A stretch of DNA of 64,000 bases from an uncultured candidate division Zixibacteria bacterium (lineage in GTDB: Bacteria; Zixibacteria; MSB-5A5; GN15; FEB-12). Below are positions 61,390-64,000 of this stretch, one piece after another. Under the pieces are notes generated by a model that did no database searches, was not told the DNA's origin, and saw nothing but the letters and a program-made list of their open reading frames with translations. The stretch's first letter is position 1; the number at the start of each line of letters is the position of its first letter. The stretch is taken from contig CAWDXE010000007.1 in the NCBI GenBank assembly GCA_963806185.1, positions 960,001-1,024,000 of the forward strand, written 5' to 3'. A program made the position numbers and the translations under genes.

Positions 61390-62058
61390 GTGTGGCGTAC
61401 CACCAAGGTGCGCCACTTTTTGAGACACTTCATCGTAAAGCGGTGAGGTACGGAGATGAGCGACTGGTGGCGGCCACGGGAGGACGGGTATGATATTCGC
61501 AATCAAGACCGAGATCAAAGATCCGCGTGCGGCGACGTTTACCTTTCGCGCGCAAAAGACGATGTATGGCGGCAAGCAGATCGCCAGAAATGATATGATC
61601 TTTCTTTTCGCGAGCGAGAACGAGGGCGGCTCGGGGCTCATCGCCCGGGGACTCGTCACCGCAGCCACACCGATTCCGCTGAAGACCGGAGTCGCCCGCC
61701 AGACCCAGCGCGTGAGCATCACGGTGCGTCGCACCGCACTTGCCAAGCGACGGCTGGGACGGAGCGAACTCAAGCCTTTCTCAGACTGGACGGACGGTCG
61801 GCCGGAGACGGAGCTGAACTTCAAGTACTATCGTCAGGCAACCAACAAGATTGTCGGCATCTCAGAAGAAACGGCGGCGTTCCTCGATCGGTTCTTTTGA
61901 CGCGGCCGATTTCATTCAGCTGGCCTGGACTCCCCCCACAGAACTTAGACTTTCAGCGAGCCTCGGAAGCCTCGATCGGCGTAGTAATATCCGTGTGTGG
62001 CGCACCCCATGGTGCGCCACTTTTTGGGAAACCTCACCGTAAAACGGTGAGGTACGGA
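61390..62058. repeat. Two ~65-bp direct repeats, each with two hairpins, flanking a small gene
   Basis: GTGTGGCG(T/C)ACC..GGTGCGCCACTTTTTG...C(T/C)TCA(T/C)CGTAAA(G/A)CGGTGAGGTACGGA at 61390-61454 and 61995-62058. Confidence 0.85.
61490..61900 (+). CDS. Conserved hypothetical protein (possible EVE/PUA-like fold)
   Basis: GGAGG RBS; QKTMYGGK...FLFASENEGGSGLIARG and YRQATNK motifs; the fold is a guess. Confidence 0.7.
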   Translation: MIFAIKTEIKDPRAATFTFRAQKTMYGGKQIARNDMIFLFASENEGGSGLIARGLVTAATPIPLKTGVARQTQRVSITVRRTALAKRRLGRSELKPFSDWTDGRPETELNFKYYRQATNKIVGISEETAAFLDRFF

Positions 62059-62079
62059 ATCAGAGATGGCTACCGCCTC

Positions 62080-62775
62080 TCAGGCGGCGATGCCGAATAG
62101 TTTTCCAACCCCAGCTGTTAACGCCATAGCCAGAGCACCCCAGAGGGCAACTCGCCCTACCGAGGTCAGCACGGGGGCACCGGCGGCCTGGGCCGCCAAC
62201 GCTCCGAGGCCGGCAAGACAGACAAGTGACGAAATCGATACTACGGGCACAACGATACTCTGAGGAACCAACACAGCGGCCAGCAACGGAAGCACAGCTC
62301 CAGCCGTAAATGTGGCAGCGGACGTCAACGCCGCCTGTATCGGTCGAGCGCTGAGAACCTCAGATATGCCCAGTTCGTCATGGGCATGTGCACCTAAGGC
62401 GTCCCGTGCCATGAGCTGTTCGGCAACCTGCTTGGCCAGGGGCGCGTCCAGTCCCCGCTCAACGTAAATTGCCGCCAGTTCCTCCGCTTCAAAGTCGGGA
62501 TCGTTGGCAAGTTCTGCTTTCTCGCGCTCCAGGTCGGCTCGTTCCGTATCGGACTGCGTGCTGACCGACACGTACTCGCCTGCGGCCATCGACATGGCGC
62601 CCGCAACCAGACCGGCGAGTCCGGCGGCGAGTACACCACTCCGGCTCATTTCGGCCGCCGCAACGCCGACCAGAAGACTGGCCGTGGAAACAATACCATC
62701 GTTGGCGCCCATGACCGCGGCGCGGAGCCACCCAATTCGTTGTGTTCGATGTCGTTCGGGAAGATGCATTGCCAT
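62080..62775 (-). CDS. VIT1/CCC1 family Fe/Mn transporter
   Basis: GWLRAAVMGANDGIVS, SMAAGEYVSVS.Q and HAHDELG motifs. Confidence 0.95.
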   Translation of the reverse strand: MAMHLPERHRTQRIGWLRAAVMGANDGIVSTASLLVGVAAAEMSRSGVLAAGLAGLVAGAMSMAAGEYVSVSTQSDTERADLEREKAELANDPDFEAEELAAIYVERGLDAPLAKQVAEQLMARDALGAHAHDELGISEVLSARPIQAALTSAATFTAGAVLPLLAAVLVPQSIVVPVVSISSLVCLAGLGALAAQAAGAPVLTSVGRVALWGALAMALTAGVGKLFGIAA

Positions 62776-62973
62776 TCCTCACTGAGTCGTTTCCCAAGTA
62801 TTGGGAGACATTGTGTCGTCAAGACTGTTGGCGACGGTGATATGTCAAGGTAAGACGCACTATGCCGGATGACAATGGCATTTTGCGTGGCGTCCCCCAT
62901 GATGCGCCACGGGTAGGCGGAGGTATCTCAATTTCATCGGAGAGGATGGAAAGAGCGGCTATCTGCCCCGGGG

Positions 62974-63762
62974 CTATTGGGCGATCTTCTTCCATTCAGC
63001 CAAAGTGCGGCCATCGCCGGCCGACGTACTGAAATCGGCTGGACGGTCACTGCCGGGTCCGGCGTAAATGGTCCGAAATATTCCGCTCGTGAACTCATAG
63101 AGCCCGCGCTGTATTTGACCGGCGTGGCCGCCGTCGGTGATGTAATAGTCAATTTTATGAGGCGTTGTCGAGTCATCCACCTTGACCTTCGCTTTGAGAA
63201 ATAACTGCCCCCCAAACGTGACCGTCGTCTCAAAGCCGCGATAGGTTCTCCGGCCCGACTGCACCATCCTCTTGTCCAAGGGCATTCCATCGCGCACACA
63301 GGAAACCATCGCCCACTCACCCTCAAGTTCTGGTCGTGATGCAAATTCGAGAGCACCGAAGTCCGTCGACGATCCCGACGCCTCTTCCCCGCCCTCGGAT
63401 GCCCGGACAAACGTTTCCAAAGCGTGACCACTCTTCGGTGAGGTGGCGAGTCCGGTCGGCCTCGTTTGGCTGGTAACAGTCAGGCAGACAGTCCAGGTGT
63501 CGCCGTCGAGTTTGAATATGCCAAGCGAAGCCCTCCCCTTCTCCGGACCGTCGGTGAAATTCATATCGAGTTGGGCGGGCGTTACAGCGGTATTTACGGT
63601 GAAGTTGCCCCGGTAGGTAGCACCCATGCCGATCGCGACAAACTGGGTGCCCTCGATAACCATCTTTGCGCCGGTGAAGGCGCCGGCGGGCAGTTTGCCG
63701 CCGTCCATCTCGAGGGCGGTGATATTCCAGGTTCCCTGCAAGCTCTTGACCGTGTCGTTCAC
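62974..63762 (-). CDS. Tandem TIGR03067-like (lipocalin-like) domain protein
   Basis: Two repeats LQGTW/LEGEW...TP..(L/I)D...GI(F/Y)...RP..(F/L); AAGGAG RBS before GTG 63762. Confidence 0.8.
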   Translation of the reverse strand: MNDTVKSLQGTWNITALEMDGGKLPAGAFTGAKMVIEGTQFVAIGMGATYRGNFTVNTAVTPAQLDMNFTDGPEKGRASLGIFKLDGDTWTVCLTVTSQTRPTGLATSPKSGHALETFVRASEGGEEASGSSTDFGALEFASRPELEGEWAMVSCVRDGMPLDKRMVQSGRRTYRGFETTVTFGGQLFLKAKVKVDDSTTPHKIDYYITDGGHAGQIQRGLYEFTSGIFRTIYAGPGSDRPADFSTSAGDGRTLAEWKKIAQ

Positions 63763-64000
63763 GTGATGGTCTCCTTTTGCCGTCACAGATGACATTGTGT
63801 CCCGGACTGGTATAATATACTAGTTTAGTACATGATTGACAAGGGGGCAAAGAGACGGCGATGACCGGCTGATTTGTAATCTGGAAGTCGGAGATGTTCG
63901 GAGAAGGCGTAACAAGATACCCCGCCGTGAAGCGGTGGGGGTACCGAGTTCAAGGGGTGGGCTACGGCACTACCCGGCCGCCGGCTTTGGTTTGACGCCA

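Noticed and set aside
61390..62058. Integron attC sites
   Set aside because: No clear RYYYAAC/GTTRRRY core ends, adjacent genes are in mixed orientations, and there is no integron integrase in the window.

Overview
Chromosomal window from a GC-rich Gram-negative bacterium, probably of the FCB group. Candidate phylum Zixibacteria is inferred from the cysteine-flanked dockerin-like C-terminal domain at ~29914-30150, the YPNPFNP-type C-terminal domain at the left edge, and the 'SYQGRLTD' secreted protein family. The left half (2199-29243, all minus strand) is a type VI secretion (T6SS) locus. Its tail and baseplate (TssB, TssC, Hcp/TssD, VgrG, TssE, TssF, TssG, TssK) look like the Bacteroidota T6SS-iii subtype, but no TssN/O/P/Q/R genes are recognisable. 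Instead tssK is followed by a C-terminally anchored protein (TssL-like topology), a P-loop GTPase-TM-periplasmic protein with TssM-like motifs, and a small exported VirB10/TrbI-like protein. This is the best candidate for an undescribed system: a hybrid T6SS with a novel membrane complex. The locus also has a ClpV split into two translationally coupled genes, a PASTA-like extension on TssG, and a PAAR operon with transthyretin-like adaptors, a DUF1795 chaperone and two effector/immunity pairs. A Ser/Thr kinase and a beta-barrel gene lie upstream. The right half holds housekeeping and stress genes: tRNA-Thr, lexA, EF-G-like, yceI, rlmB, mlaEFD, hutH, DEDDh-WYL, sod, and imuA-imuB-dnaE2 interrupted by a GIY-YIG/REP element, followed by small accessory genes. 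A shared 16-bp palindrome in the lexA and imuA promoters is a candidate SOS box. Eight apparent +1 frameshifts, mostly in short homopolymers, suggest assembly errors. All calls are by eye from motifs and gene order; no searches were run.
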